Shown: positions 1 to 9,575 of the stretch, one piece after another | Layout of the letters: every line of letters begins with the position of its first letter | How positions within the stretch are numbered: position 1 is the stretch's first letter | IMG/VR virus record: IMGVR_UViG_3300036859_000215 | Coordinates: 1 to 55,516 of that record | Strand: one strand, 5' to 3' | From: a virus | Taxonomy: Duplodnaviria; Caudoviricetes | DNA length: 55,516 nt | Position numbers and translations under genes: made by a program | Notes under the pieces: generated by a model | What the model saw: the letters and a program-made list of their open reading frames with translations, nothing else | Databases searched by the model: none | What the model was told of the DNA's origin: nothing

Positions 1-148
1 CTACGCGACGAGACCGGCTCTTATTTCACTAAGGTTTATGGCGAATTGGTCGATCAGAAGCTCCCGGCTGAATTCCAAATTCTGGGTCTGCTCGATCCGG
101 TGCAAAATCCGGCGCAGGTTAATTCGGTGACGCAAATTTTAGGTGTCT
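1..148. repeat. Terminal direct repeat (copy 1), assembly circularity overlap
   Basis: Identical to 55369-55516 except G127 vs A55495. Confidence 0.97.
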
Positions 149-1368
149 CCACCGAGACGCTAAAAAAGGATTTGGGCGCGGCGGGGCAGACCGTGGATGC
201 TGATCTGTTCAATCCGATTGAGGAGAGCCTAACCGATTTCCGCCAAGCCTGGGAGTTCGGCCCTTACGGCGAGAGCGCCAAGCAACAAGCCTCAAGCCTG
301 ATCGAGGCAGCCAAGAAAGTTGGATTGAACCATTACCGCCTGACCGGAGACTTGAGCGAGGCGCAGCGGCGGGCCGTGGCGCTGATCGAGGATAACGTCG
401 AGATCGTGGTTGGGGACAATATCCGCGCCATCGTGCCCAAGGAGACTGGCCTCTCCGAAACCGAGATCGAGGCGGCGACCGAGTTCATGCAGAAGCGGTC
501 GCGCATTGATGAATTTGAGCCCGAGAGCATCGGCGTGCCAACGGCGACAAGACCTGGGACTCCTGAAAGCTTCGGGATGGCGGCCGTCTATAACGAGAAG
601 AAGGACAAAGCTGACAGGCGGATGTTGGAATTTTGGGATGCTGGCGACGAAGGATGGGATTGGGAGGGCAAGCACTACGACCGTCCCGCCAATCTTCCTC
701 TCGATAAGGCAGGCATTGAAGTGTTGGACAAGTCGGCCTCGGCGCTCGATGTGTTGGGCGATATTGTCTCGCACAAGCTGGTGAAAACCGACCAAACGCT
801 GGCCAACATCTACAGCACTTTTAAGGACTCTCTGACGCCATATCAAGATTGGCGATTCCATAAGATATATGACAAGGTTAGGGCGAAGGGAGAGGAAAAG
901 AGCTTTGAAGAATGGCTTGATACCAACGGACTGCCTGAACTTTTCCGAGGCTACACGTTTCGGCAATATGATACGGAGGATATGAAAGGCGCTCGATACA
1001 CGCCAGAGCAGAAGAAATTGCTTGATGGGGTTTTCAATTATCTCGGCGTGAATCCCGACGAGTTGAAGGCTCAATCGGCACAGAGTTTCATTGAGCAAGG
1101 AAACGTTGAGGGCAATTTCCGTAAGGACCGCACCCGTCAGACCGCTGCCAATTACGGCATTTGGGCGACCAACGACCGTGGCGACGGACTAACCCTGCTC
1201 GTGCCCATGGGCAACGGCGTGTCCTTCACTAGGCTATTCAACGCGAAGGGCGAGCCTTACGAAATCAAGTTCGCTGACATTCCGGTACTGGCCAAGAAGG
1301 GAGCGGCTGAGAGGGTGACTAAGGAACTGGAAGCCTTGCCCTCTATCGCGCGGCCTGAGTTGCCCTGA
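1..1368 (+). CDS. C-terminal part of a ~1097-aa internal virion (ejection) protein that starts at 53443 and crosses the circular junction
   Basis: Frame is open from base 1 (LRDETGSYFTKVYGELVDQK...) and is continuous with the open frame 53443-55368. Confidence 0.88.
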   Translation, partial: LRDETGSYFTKVYGELVDQKLPAEFQILGLLDPVQNPAQVNSVTQILGVSTETLKKDLGAAGQTVDADLFNPIEESLTDFRQAWEFGPYGESAKQQASSLIEAAKKVGLNHYRLTGDLSEAQRRAVALIEDNVEIVVGDNIRAIVPKETGLSETEIEAATEFMQKRSRIDEFEPESIGVPTATRPGTPESFGMAAVYNEKKDKADRRMLEFWDAGDEGWDWEGKHYDRPANLPLDKAGIEVLDKSASALDVLGDIVSHKLVKTDQTLANIYSTFKDSLTPYQDWRFHKIYDKVRAKGEEKSFEEWLDTNGLPELFRGYTFRQYDTEDMKGARYTPEQKKLLDGVFNYLGVNPDELKAQSAQSFIEQGNVEGNFRKDRTRQTAANYGIWATNDRGDGLTLLVPMGNGVSFTRLFNAKGEPYEIKFADIPVLAKKGAAERVTKELEALPSIARPELP

Positions 1369-1370
1369 AG

Positions 1371-3011
1371 ATGCCCCTCCCAACCCGGCAAACAGAGGAC
1401 GATGTTTTCCTGCACAACTTCGGCGGACGAGGGCTGCCCACCACACTTGCCAAGTCGGTGGGAGCGATCACCCAAGATCCCCGGCTTCGCCCCACCCAGC
1501 TCTTGAGCGAATACCAACAAGAAGACCCGGAACGCTTTCGCAGGCAAACGGCACCCCTGGCGGTCTCGCCCATTGTTGGGGCTTACACCAAAGCCATTGA
1601 GGCGTTTGGCTATGCCTTTCCCTCGCGTCAACCAGAGCCTGATGACGATGTGATGCTCACTCCCGAGCAGGTAAAAGCCGAGTTTGGCCATCTCGGCGTG
1701 ACCTTCAATCGTCCAACGCCAAGGCGGGTTGCGGAGATGACCTCCAAGCGTCGGCAAGAGGATATGCACCGGGAGGAGATTATTGCGGCAAGCCCTCAGA
1801 ACCTAGCCGCCAAAGGGGTGCGGTTCGGATCGGCTTTAATGGGCGCGGTGGTCGATCCGCTCAATATCGCCTCGGCCTTCATCCCGGTGATGGGAGAAGC
1901 GCGATTTGCCAGCATTACCGCAACAGCCGGTCGGGCCACGGCTCGGGTGGCTTCCGGCGCAGAGGCGGGATTCGTCGGTTCGCTGGCCATCGAACCTCTG
2001 ACCTATGGGCTCTCCAAGCAGCTTCAACTCGACTATTCCATGGGCGACGCACTGCTCAATATCGCGCTCGGGACCACTATCGGCGCGGGCCTGCACGTTG
2101 GCGTCGGGGCCGTTGCCGACCGTGCCGCATATATAAAGTCAGGAAAGGGGACTAAGGCCCTGCCTGTTCTCGATATACCCCTACCGGAAACAGCCCTTAG
2201 GGCCTCGCCTGAGGCCGTGGAAGGGGCCATGCGGGGGGCGGTTGCCCAGTTTGTCGAGGGCAAGCCAGTCGATGTCGCGCCCATCTTCGAGGTGGATCGG
2301 GGTTTCGCGGATGCGAGTGCGACGAAAAATCCACCAAAGTTGGTTGTGGCCAGACGGATGCCCGATGGCGCAATCAAGCAGGGGAGGCCAGGTCAAGTTC
2401 ACACTGATCTTATGTCAAGAGAGGAATTAGCGGCGGATGTCGATAGTCCGGAGATTGCCAATTCGATGGGGTATGCGACGCCTGATGGGAAATTCCTAAA
2501 TAGGATCGAGGCACTTGAGTTCGCAAGAGCATTTGAGCCGGAGCGCGCTGCCTTCTCTGATGAGAGGCCAGAGTTTGGGCTTGATGCGGCGACTTATAAC
2601 GAAGCAACAGCAATCAATCGTGTGCCACTTGCGCCCGCCGAACGCGCCCAAGCCATCGCTCCCCACAAGGCAGCCATCAACCGCCTGGTAGAATCCAAGA
2701 CCGACTTTGAGGAGTCAATTCAAGCGCCAGGGGTCGAGCCCGTCACCGAGTTCAACGTCGCCCAAGCCGAGCAATTCGATACCGAGGCATTAGAGCTGAT
2801 CGAGCAGGCCATGGTCGATGCGCGCAATTTGGAACCGAAGGAATCGGATGCCCTTCCGAAAGGCGAGACTGAACAGCCACCAATGCCAAAAGTTGAAGGC
2901 GACCCGAAAGGGCAAAAGGAACTCGACACCGCCAACGAGAATGTTACCGTTGCCGAGGAGTGGGGTGAGGCAGTAAATCAACTGGCGCTCTGCATTTCGA
3001 GAAAGGGCTGA
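1371..3011 (+). CDS. Internal virion/ejection protein
   Basis: 546 aa; Ala/Gly-rich hydrophobic N-half (DPLNIASAFIPV); lies between other ejection genes, as in epsilon15/BPP-1-like podoviruses. Confidence 0.7.
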   Translation: MPLPTRQTEDDVFLHNFGGRGLPTTLAKSVGAITQDPRLRPTQLLSEYQQEDPERFRRQTAPLAVSPIVGAYTKAIEAFGYAFPSRQPEPDDDVMLTPEQVKAEFGHLGVTFNRPTPRRVAEMTSKRRQEDMHREEIIAASPQNLAAKGVRFGSALMGAVVDPLNIASAFIPVMGEARFASITATAGRATARVASGAEAGFVGSLAIEPLTYGLSKQLQLDYSMGDALLNIALGTTIGAGLHVGVGAVADRAAYIKSGKGTKALPVLDIPLPETALRASPEAVEGAMRGAVAQFVEGKPVDVAPIFEVDRGFADASATKNPPKLVVARRMPDGAIKQGRPGQVHTDLMSREELAADVDSPEIANSMGYATPDGKFLNRIEALEFARAFEPERAAFSDERPEFGLDAATYNEATAINRVPLAPAERAQAIAPHKAAINRLVESKTDFEESIQAPGVEPVTEFNVAQAEQFDTEALELIEQAMVDARNLEPKESDALPKGETEQPPMPKVEGDPKGQKELDTANENVTVAEEWGEAVNQLALCISRKG

Positions 3012-3015
3012 CACT

Positions 3016-5505
3016 GTGGCCAAAGCCAAAGACGATTGTGTAGGTGCCCTGACCGAAGCCTTTGCGGCGCGCAAGACGCTCACCGAAGGAGAGATCAAAT
3101 TCATCGCCGAGGAACTGCGCCGCCGCTTCAAGCAGACGCGCGACTCAAGCACGCTCGGTCATGACCAGCAATGGTCGAAAGTCGCCCGCGACATTGCCGA
3201 GGAAATCAAAGAGACCGCTTTGATCGAGCGGCGCAACGCCGCGCTGAACGTAGCCGCCAAGCAGCGCCTGCTCGCCATGGGGAGAGATGCCGATGAGCGT
3301 TATGGCGATCCATCACTCGGACTGGAAGCGGCCATGGTCGGCATCAACAAACCTCTAGCGGGCGGGCGTCTCTCGGTCGATGCCAAGGGCATGGCCTTGT
3401 TCGACAAATATATGGGCGGGTTGATCGGAGAATTGGAACGCAACGGACTGCTCGTGCATCTCAACACCGGGCATATGGATTTGGAGGTTGCCAGGGTTTT
3501 GGAAAAACTCTCTAAGCCTGAAGCCAAAGGCTCGGCCATTCCCGAAGCCGTTAAGATCGCCCAACTGATAGACAAATACCGCAAGCTGGCGCTTGACCAG
3601 CAAAATCGGTCAGGTTCTTGGGTGAAACCCTTGACTGGCTACATTACCCGCCAGTCGCACGACATGACCAAGGTTCGCAAGGCGGGTTTTGAGGCGTGGC
3701 GCGATGCGGTGATTCCGCTACTCGACCCACGCACCTTCGGCGATTCCAACTCAGACGAGTTTCTAAGAGAAGCCTATCGCACCATCGTCAACGGCGAGCA
3801 GCTTTCCTCAAGAGGTGCGGATATAGACCTCAACCTGGCTTTCAAGGGGCCGGGCAATCTGGGCAAGCGCATCTCACAGCACCGGGTTTTGCATTTCAAG
3901 GATGCTGATGCCTGGATGGCCTATAACGAGCGCTTCGGCACCGGTACTTTGCGCGAGGCGGTGCTCGGCGAGTTCATCGGCATGGCGCGCAACACCGCCC
4001 TGATGGAGACCTTCGGCCCAAATCCGCGAGCATTGTTCGATGACGTAGCAGAAACGTTGCGTAAGGAATCCTCCGACACACCAGAGAAGGTTGACCGCTT
4101 GCGGCGCAATCTCCTGGGCTGGGAGCTAGACGAGATTACCGGCCAATCACGTGTGGCCACCAATCCGACACGGGCTGCGGTCGGCCGTTCAAGCCGGGCT
4201 ATTATCTCTATGGCCAAGCTTGGCGGTGCGGTGCTATCGTCAATCACCGATATTGCCTCAAAGGCCGCGCAAATTCGTTACATGGACGGCGGCGGTATCC
4301 TTTCCCCGCTGGCTAAATCGGTTTCAACTTTCTTTGAGGGGATTCCGAGCAAGGAACGGCGCGCGGTTGCTGACCGGATTCGGGCAGGGTTAGACGGCAT
4401 GATTGGCGGCATCGCCGAACGCTTTGGGGCCGTGGATAGCCCTTCCGGCTCTATGAGTCGCGCCGTGCGGATGTTCTTCAAGGTCAATCTTCTAACTGGC
4501 TGGACCGATGCCAACAAGCGCGGACTGGCGATGTTCGCCTCCCGCTCTCTAGCTGCCCATGCCGGAAGCGTGTTCGACAAGTTGCCCGACCATATGAAAT
4601 TCATCCTTGGTCAATACGGTATCGACGCCAAGAAATGGGAGGTCGCGCGGCAGCTCATAGAGAAGGTTGATGACCAGACCTATCTCTTGCCTGACATCAT
4701 CCGCGATTTGCCCGATGAGGCTTTTACTAAGCATGGGCTTGATCCAGTGGTTGACCGGGAAGGAATCGAGACGGCGATCCGCACCTACTTTGTGGACGTG
4801 ACCGAGTTCGGCGTGCCGACTCCCGGAGCGCGCGAACGAGCGATGATGACTTGGGGCTATCGCCCCGGAACCCCGGAAGGCGAGGCGCTCCGCTATTTGA
4901 TGCAGTTTAAGGCGTTCCCGCTCACCGTCACCACTAAGGTTCTGGGGCGCAAGCTCTACGGCAATCCGGGGGGCAAGGCCGACAAACTCGGGCTGGCTAT
5001 GTATATCGCTTCGTCCACGGCACTTGGTTATCTCGCCATGAGCATGAAATCGCTGCAACGCGGACAGACCCCGCGTGACCCGATGGACTATAAGACTTGG
5101 ATCGCCGCCATGACGCAAGGCGGCGGCTTCGGCCTCTACGGGGATTTTATGCTCGGGGAAACCAACCGCTTCGGTCGCTCGCTACTCGATACGCTGGCAG
5201 GGCCAGGACTCGGCATCATCTCAGACATTGACGAGTTGCGAGCGCGTATTATGGCAGGGGATGATGTGGCGGGTAATGCCCTTCGGTTAGCAATGAACAA
5301 CACGCCGTTCGTAAACCTGTTTTATACCCGGGCCGCGCTCGACTACCTCATCCTATATCAGCTCCAGGAGATGGTGAACCCTGGCTATCTCCGCCGCATG
5401 GAACGGCGCATCGCCAAGGAACAGGGACAACGCTATCTCTTGCGTTCTCCATCCCAAGCCATTCCGCGTGGCGGCGGTTCGAGACTGTTTGAGGGCGTGC
5501 GCTGA
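3016..5505 (+). CDS. Large internal virion/ejection protein
   Basis: 829 aa; C-terminal QFKAFP...GGFGLYGDF...LQEMVNPGYLRRMERR pattern recognised from epsilon15/BPP-1-type internal proteins. Confidence 0.78.
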   Translation: MAKAKDDCVGALTEAFAARKTLTEGEIKFIAEELRRRFKQTRDSSTLGHDQQWSKVARDIAEEIKETALIERRNAALNVAAKQRLLAMGRDADERYGDPSLGLEAAMVGINKPLAGGRLSVDAKGMALFDKYMGGLIGELERNGLLVHLNTGHMDLEVARVLEKLSKPEAKGSAIPEAVKIAQLIDKYRKLALDQQNRSGSWVKPLTGYITRQSHDMTKVRKAGFEAWRDAVIPLLDPRTFGDSNSDEFLREAYRTIVNGEQLSSRGADIDLNLAFKGPGNLGKRISQHRVLHFKDADAWMAYNERFGTGTLREAVLGEFIGMARNTALMETFGPNPRALFDDVAETLRKESSDTPEKVDRLRRNLLGWELDEITGQSRVATNPTRAAVGRSSRAIISMAKLGGAVLSSITDIASKAAQIRYMDGGGILSPLAKSVSTFFEGIPSKERRAVADRIRAGLDGMIGGIAERFGAVDSPSGSMSRAVRMFFKVNLLTGWTDANKRGLAMFASRSLAAHAGSVFDKLPDHMKFILGQYGIDAKKWEVARQLIEKVDDQTYLLPDIIRDLPDEAFTKHGLDPVVDREGIETAIRTYFVDVTEFGVPTPGARERAMMTWGYRPGTPEGEALRYLMQFKAFPLTVTTKVLGRKLYGNPGGKADKLGLAMYIASSTALGYLAMSMKSLQRGQTPRDPMDYKTWIAAMTQGGGFGLYGDFMLGETNRFGRSLLDTLAGPGLGIISDIDELRARIMAGDDVAGNALRLAMNNTPFVNLFYTRAALDYLILYQLQEMVNPGYLRRMERRIAKEQGQRYLLRSPSQAIPRGGGSRLFEGVR

Positions 5506-5572
5506 CAGCCTTCCGGCTCGGCGTAGATGATGGCGATGAGGATAAGTGTGCCGAGAAAATAGGAATGGGCGT

Positions 5573-5779
5573 TCATTGGCGGCGCAGTGCCCAGACTAGC
5601 CCAATGGCTAATAGAGCCCCGACGATTGCCCAAGGCAACCACACCCATAATCTCCAGCCAAGCCAAGGCGCAAAAGTCATATGAGAAGGCACCGCGGCCG
5701 TGCTGACGAAATAGCAGGCGAGCGTGCCAAAGATTGCGCCCGCGCCCCCGATGATAGCGATGGCTAAGGCGTCGCGCAT
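5573..5779 (-). CDS. Small two-TM membrane protein, antisense moron-like gene
   Basis: 68 aa; two hydrophobic stretches; fills the gap between plus-strand late genes. Confidence 0.55.
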   Translation of the reverse strand: MRDALAIAIIGGAGAIFGTLACYFVSTAAVPSHMTFAPWLGWRLWVWLPWAIVGALLAIGLVWALRRQ

Positions 5780-5797
5780 ATCTTTGATATTCTAGCA

Positions 5798-5837
5798 GGG
5801 AATTTCTTAGGGCGCCACTAGGTCCGCGCTTTACCGT
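5798..5837 (+). promoter_or_regulatory. Putative late promoter motif copy
   Basis: GGGAATTTCTT, then TACCGT 32 nt after the core G; upstream of the ORF at 5870. Confidence 0.55.
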
Positions 5838-5869
5838 GCTCCCAAGATTTCGCAATTTGGGGGCACTCC

Positions 5870-6343
5870 ATGGCTCGCTACACGATTGGCACTGGCCACG
5901 CTGGCACGCAACAGGCCATGACCACTACCTATAAGACGCTGGTGTCGCTCACGGCGGCGACCGGCGCTACCACGCTGCGCAAGGCGTGGATCTATGACGC
6001 CATGTGGGGGGCGGATGGAACCCCAGCCGATAACCAAGTGACGGTTAAGCTGGACCGGCAGACTTCGGTGGGAACGGGCACGGCGGCGGTTGCGTCTCCA
6101 CTTGATGGCGGGGATGCGGCGGCCCTTATCACCGAGACGGTCAATCACACCATCGAACCTACGGTTACAGCAGCCACACAACTCATCGAATTGTCCATCA
6201 ACCAGCGCGCTTCTTACCGCTGGGTTGCGGCGCCGGGGGGAGAGCTAGTGGTTCCGGCCACTGACGTTGCTGGTATCGGCTCGCGCGCTAAGAGCGCTGC
6301 CTATACTGGCACGATGGTGAGCACTCTGCACTTTCACGAATAG
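5870..6343 (+). CDS. Putative virion structural protein (Thr/Ala-rich, beta-rich)
   Basis: 157 aa; composition and late-gene context; GGGGG RBS-like sequence upstream. Confidence 0.55.
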   Translation: MARYTIGTGHAGTQQAMTTTYKTLVSLTAATGATTLRKAWIYDAMWGADGTPADNQVTVKLDRQTSVGTGTAAVASPLDGGDAAALITETVNHTIEPTVTAATQLIELSINQRASYRWVAAPGGELVVPATDVAGIGSRAKSAAYTGTMVSTLHFHE

Positions 6344-6346
6344 TCG

Positions 6347-6820
6347 ATGCGCTTCACTGGTTCGTGTGAGCCGTTTGCATCTGTTGACATTACAGAGATG
6401 GCGGCGTGGATTGCCGCCATACCTTTTTCAGATTGGCCCCAGCAACACAAAGTCGATGAACAGTTGCGCCCGGCCATGGTCACCGATCTAACGTGGCATG
6501 GCTTCGGTGTAGAAGCCGCGGCGATTGTCGGTTGGCTGTCGGGTTATTTCCCCGGCTGCGCGGCATATCAGTTGATGCTCTCAGTGGTGATGCAGGGACA
6601 CTCTATCGAACCGCACACCGACGCGCAACCTCCCAATTGGATTACTCGCGTGCATGTGCCGCTCCTGTCCAATGACGCAGCGTGGTTCGACTGCGGGGGA
6701 AAATCCTTCGTGCTCAAACCGGGCTCAGCTTACAAAGTGAATACCGAAGCGGAACACGGGATTCGCAATCTCGGTACCACTCCGAGGGTGCATTTCATGT
6801 GGGACGTGCGGAATGCATAA
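6347..6820 (+). CDS. Aspartyl/asparaginyl beta-hydroxylase-like 2OG-Fe(II) oxygenase
   Basis: HTD (HxD)...RVHVPL...YKVN...H...N.G..PRVH...D pattern. Confidence 0.82.
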   Translation: MRFTGSCEPFASVDITEMAAWIAAIPFSDWPQQHKVDEQLRPAMVTDLTWHGFGVEAAAIVGWLSGYFPGCAAYQLMLSVVMQGHSIEPHTDAQPPNWITRVHVPLLSNDAAWFDCGGKSFVLKPGSAYKVNTEAEHGIRNLGTTPRVHFMWDVRNA

Positions 6821-7109
6821 AGAGCAAGGGCTTGCCATTCTTACCAGCCCGGATGGGGTGAAGGAATGCTCGACCTTCACCTGTGCCCGTTGCAGCCGCG
6901 TGGTGCATGTCAAGCCGAGATGCGCCCCGGAAGATTTAGGGGGCGTCGATTATCGCTCGGGGCGATTGATTTGCTCCACTTGCGTCAACGCCGAGACGCG
7001 GCTGTGGGAGGAACGAGTGGAATTTCTTGAGACCGAGATCGAGCGTAGCCGTTTTTCTGGTGGTGTGAGTGAGCAGCGGTTCAATGAGATTCTGCGGGGA
7101 CGGTTCTAA
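6813..7109 (+). CDS. Small Zn-finger protein
   Basis: CARC...C...CSTC. Confidence 0.55.
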   Translation: MHKEQGLAILTSPDGVKECSTFTCARCSRVVHVKPRCAPEDLGGVDYRSGRLICSTCVNAETRLWEERVEFLETEIERSRFSGGVSEQRFNEILRGRF

Positions 7110-7114
7110 CGGGC

Positions 7115-7852
7115 ATGACGGCGAATCTCGAACTCATAAAATACGACGCGATGGGGCATCTTCGACCGAGTATGCCGTTCGGGTTGCCAGTTCCAATTGG
7201 CAACGACAGCTTCACCAAGCTCTTGCTACACTGTAATGGAGCCGATGCATCGACAACCTTCACCGATTCGTCGGCATCGGCGCATACCGTCACCGTTGGT
7301 GCCGATGCTCAAATAGATACAGCCCAATCGAAATTTGGAGGAGCTTCCGGCAAGTTCGATGGGACAGGGGATAATCTAACCAACGATGGAGGCGCTGATT
7401 TTGCCTTCGGAACTAACACTTTCACGGTCGATTTTTGGGTACGGCTCGCCGCGACCGGCGTTCAATACGTGTTGTATGATAGCAGGCCAGCCGCGACGAA
7501 TGGAGTTTATCCTACCATCTATATCAGTACTGGCAATGTCGTTGTGTTTTTCCAGAACAGCGCCGACCGTATTACCGGAACAACGACGCTCTCGGCGGAT
7601 ACATGGTATCACGTCGCGCTCGCGCGCTCAGGAACGAGCACGAAGTTGTTTCTTAGTGGCACGCAGGAAGGTTCCACCTATACCGACAGTAATGACTATC
7701 TCAACGGTACGTCACGCCCAGCCATTGCGGCCAGCGGCATCAATCCTGCTACCACCAACAATTTGAATGGGTGGATTGATGAATTTCGAGTGTCGAAAGG
7801 CATCGCGCGCTGGACGGCGAATTTCACCACTCCGACAATGGCATATATCTAA
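7115..7852 (+). CDS. LamG/concanavalin A-like domain protein (tail fibre/adhesin)
   Basis: LLLHCNG...SKFGGASGKFDG...FTVDFWVR...WYHVALAR...GWIDEFRVSKGIARW. Confidence 0.88.
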   Translation: MTANLELIKYDAMGHLRPSMPFGLPVPIGNDSFTKLLLHCNGADASTTFTDSSASAHTVTVGADAQIDTAQSKFGGASGKFDGTGDNLTNDGGADFAFGTNTFTVDFWVRLAATGVQYVLYDSRPAATNGVYPTIYISTGNVVVFFQNSADRITGTTTLSADTWYHVALARSGTSTKLFLSGTQEGSTYTDSNDYLNGTSRPAIAASGINPATTNNLNGWIDEFRVSKGIARWTANFTTPTMAYI

Positions 7853-9060
7853 TGTCAGTCTGGATGCGGAATCTCGACGGCAACCGTGACTGGGCCGACG
7901 ACCGGATCGAGGCGCGTATCTATGCCGAGCCGATGTGGGAGAGTGGTTCACCGTTCGTAAGCTGGAACGGCACGCTTACCATTCCGCCCCGCTCGGGCGG
8001 AGGAGATCATACCTGGCTTTGGCTTTGTTGCGATGCAGATGGGAGCAACGTCGATCTCGTCCCGACCGAACCCTTCGTAACGCCGAACCGAGACCTAAAG
8101 CGCGTCGTCGGGAATTGGGGCACGGTTGACCGGACCACCGGAGACCCGATAGCCCCGCGCACTACGCTCATTCGCCAGATTATCAATAACCGCGACGTGT
8201 GGTTCGACCACGCTTACGCGGATTTCGGCACGCCTGCCATGCTAGCGATAATGACCAGCGGGGCATGGAGTGCCATCGACGTGTCGGATGCCGTCCCGGC
8301 TGGGCTGGCCGATGCGGTGTTCATGCGGCTCGAAGCAAAACGGACTGATACAAGCAACATTGCTCAAGTCAATGCGGGAACGATATTCGATCCAGCGATC
8401 CCCTATTTCCATGAGCGCACGCAGGCCAAAGCTTACAGCGTTCAGAATCAAGGTGGCATGACCTCGCTCGACCGAGCTTGGATCGACATCGAGCCGGGTC
8501 AAACGACCTTCTATGTGGCTGTCAGTTCCGGGCATGAAGGGCAAATCCATATAAGGGGCTATCGCCTAGCTGCACCGCCGTTACCGCTTGCCACACCCCC
8601 ACCGCCCCCGCCGTCGGAGACAGAGGAAACAATAGGCGCGATCTTCGCCAACACCGTCACCGGGAACTTCACCTATATCGACCGGGGCATGACGCTCGAT
8701 CCGGGGCGGGTCGTCACCGCTCTTGGCTGCTATTCGAGCGCCCCTGCTAGTTTTCCGCTCAAGATCGTCAAGCAGACTGTAGCCTGGCAAGTAGACGTGG
8801 CGCATCAAGTCACGCTCTCGCATCCGGGTGGTGGCTGGGCGGAAGTGGCAACAAGCTTCAATGTGCCAAACGATGGGGCGAGCTATTACGCCGGAGCCCA
8901 CGCCAACAACTACACCATGCCGCTGTTCGGTTCGCGCCCACGCTCTTACGCACCGGGGAACATTTCTGGAAACGGCGTAGCGGTCACGGAGCAGAATCTT
9001 CCCGGCTCTTATGACGGCGGCTGGCTGGTAGTGGGGATGAGGATTCGTTACGCGCCCTAG
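7852..9060 (+). CDS. Putative tail fibre/receptor-binding protein
   Basis: 402 aa; two beta-rich domains joined by a PPLPLATPPPPPPS linker; translationally coupled to the LamG gene. Confidence 0.55.
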   Translation: MSVWMRNLDGNRDWADDRIEARIYAEPMWESGSPFVSWNGTLTIPPRSGGGDHTWLWLCCDADGSNVDLVPTEPFVTPNRDLKRVVGNWGTVDRTTGDPIAPRTTLIRQIINNRDVWFDHAYADFGTPAMLAIMTSGAWSAIDVSDAVPAGLADAVFMRLEAKRTDTSNIAQVNAGTIFDPAIPYFHERTQAKAYSVQNQGGMTSLDRAWIDIEPGQTTFYVAVSSGHEGQIHIRGYRLAAPPLPLATPPPPPPSETEETIGAIFANTVTGNFTYIDRGMTLDPGRVVTALGCYSSAPASFPLKIVKQTVAWQVDVAHQVTLSHPGGGWAEVATSFNVPNDGASYYAGAHANNYTMPLFGSRPRSYAPGNISGNGVAVTEQNLPGSYDGGWLVVGMRIRYAP

Positions 9061-9214
9061 CGCCGAGTTGCTGCCAGAACTTGATGGGTAGGGTGACGAC
9101 GCCGACAGTAGGCAGAGCTGGACCACGCATCAAGGCAAAAGTAACGGTCATCGTGTCCTCGTCTTGCTCAACCGAGACAACATAATCGGCAACGATGTGG
9201 GGAGGTTGTGTCAT
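8984..9214 (-). CDS. Small antisense hypothetical protein
   Basis: 76 aa; N-terminal 50 aa occupy an otherwise empty intergenic gap and look globular. Confidence 0.35.
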   Translation of the reverse strand: MTQPPHIVADYVVSVEQDEDTMTVTFALMRGPALPTVGVVTLPIKFWQQLGARARNESSSPLPASRRHKSREDSAP

Positions 9215-9218
9215 CTGA

Positions 9219-9258
9219 GGAAAAACCTGAAACTACCAATGATGCCATAGCTTACACT
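9219..9258 (+). promoter_or_regulatory. Putative late promoter motif copy
   Basis: GGAAAAACCTG, then TACACT 33 nt after the core G. Confidence 0.4.
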
Positions 9259-9265
9259 CACCGCC

Positions 9266-9574
9266 ATGCCATCGCCAGCCTCATACCTGCTCTATCCATC
9301 GCTAATCGATCCTATCAGGGTTGAGCCCGTCACTGGCCCCGGCCCGGAGGCAATTGAGTGGTTCATGCCTCTCAGCGAGCCCTCCGCCTTTTTACAGCCC
9401 AGGGGTCTGCCAACGCACCTCCAACAATTCTTCATCCATCAGTTGGAAGCCGTGTTTGCCGGTTATGGACTGATTACGCTCCATGCCAAACATGACGAGA
9501 TTATCGAGCTTCATGCTAAGCATGACGAGACAATAGAGTTGCACGGCAAGCTGGAACGAGGGGCGGGGAACTAA
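9266..9574 (+). CDS. Hypothetical protein with LHAKHDExIE tandem repeat
   Basis: 102 aa; about 2.4 copies of a 30-bp unit at ~9478-9550. Confidence 0.55.
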   Translation: MPSPASYLLYPSLIDPIRVEPVTGPGPEAIEWFMPLSEPSAFLQPRGLPTHLQQFFIHQLEAVFAGYGLITLHAKHDEIIELHAKHDETIELHGKLERGAGN

Positions 9575-9575
9575 A

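Noticed and set aside
1-148. Biological T7-like direct terminal repeats
   Set aside because: The repeat lies mid-gene and far from the terminase, so an assembler overlap is more likely
292-1098. Long antisense ORFs such as 292-1098, 32284-33090, 44356-45093 and 48931-49614
   Set aside because: Shadow frames of well-supported genes in GC-rich DNA, with no motifs
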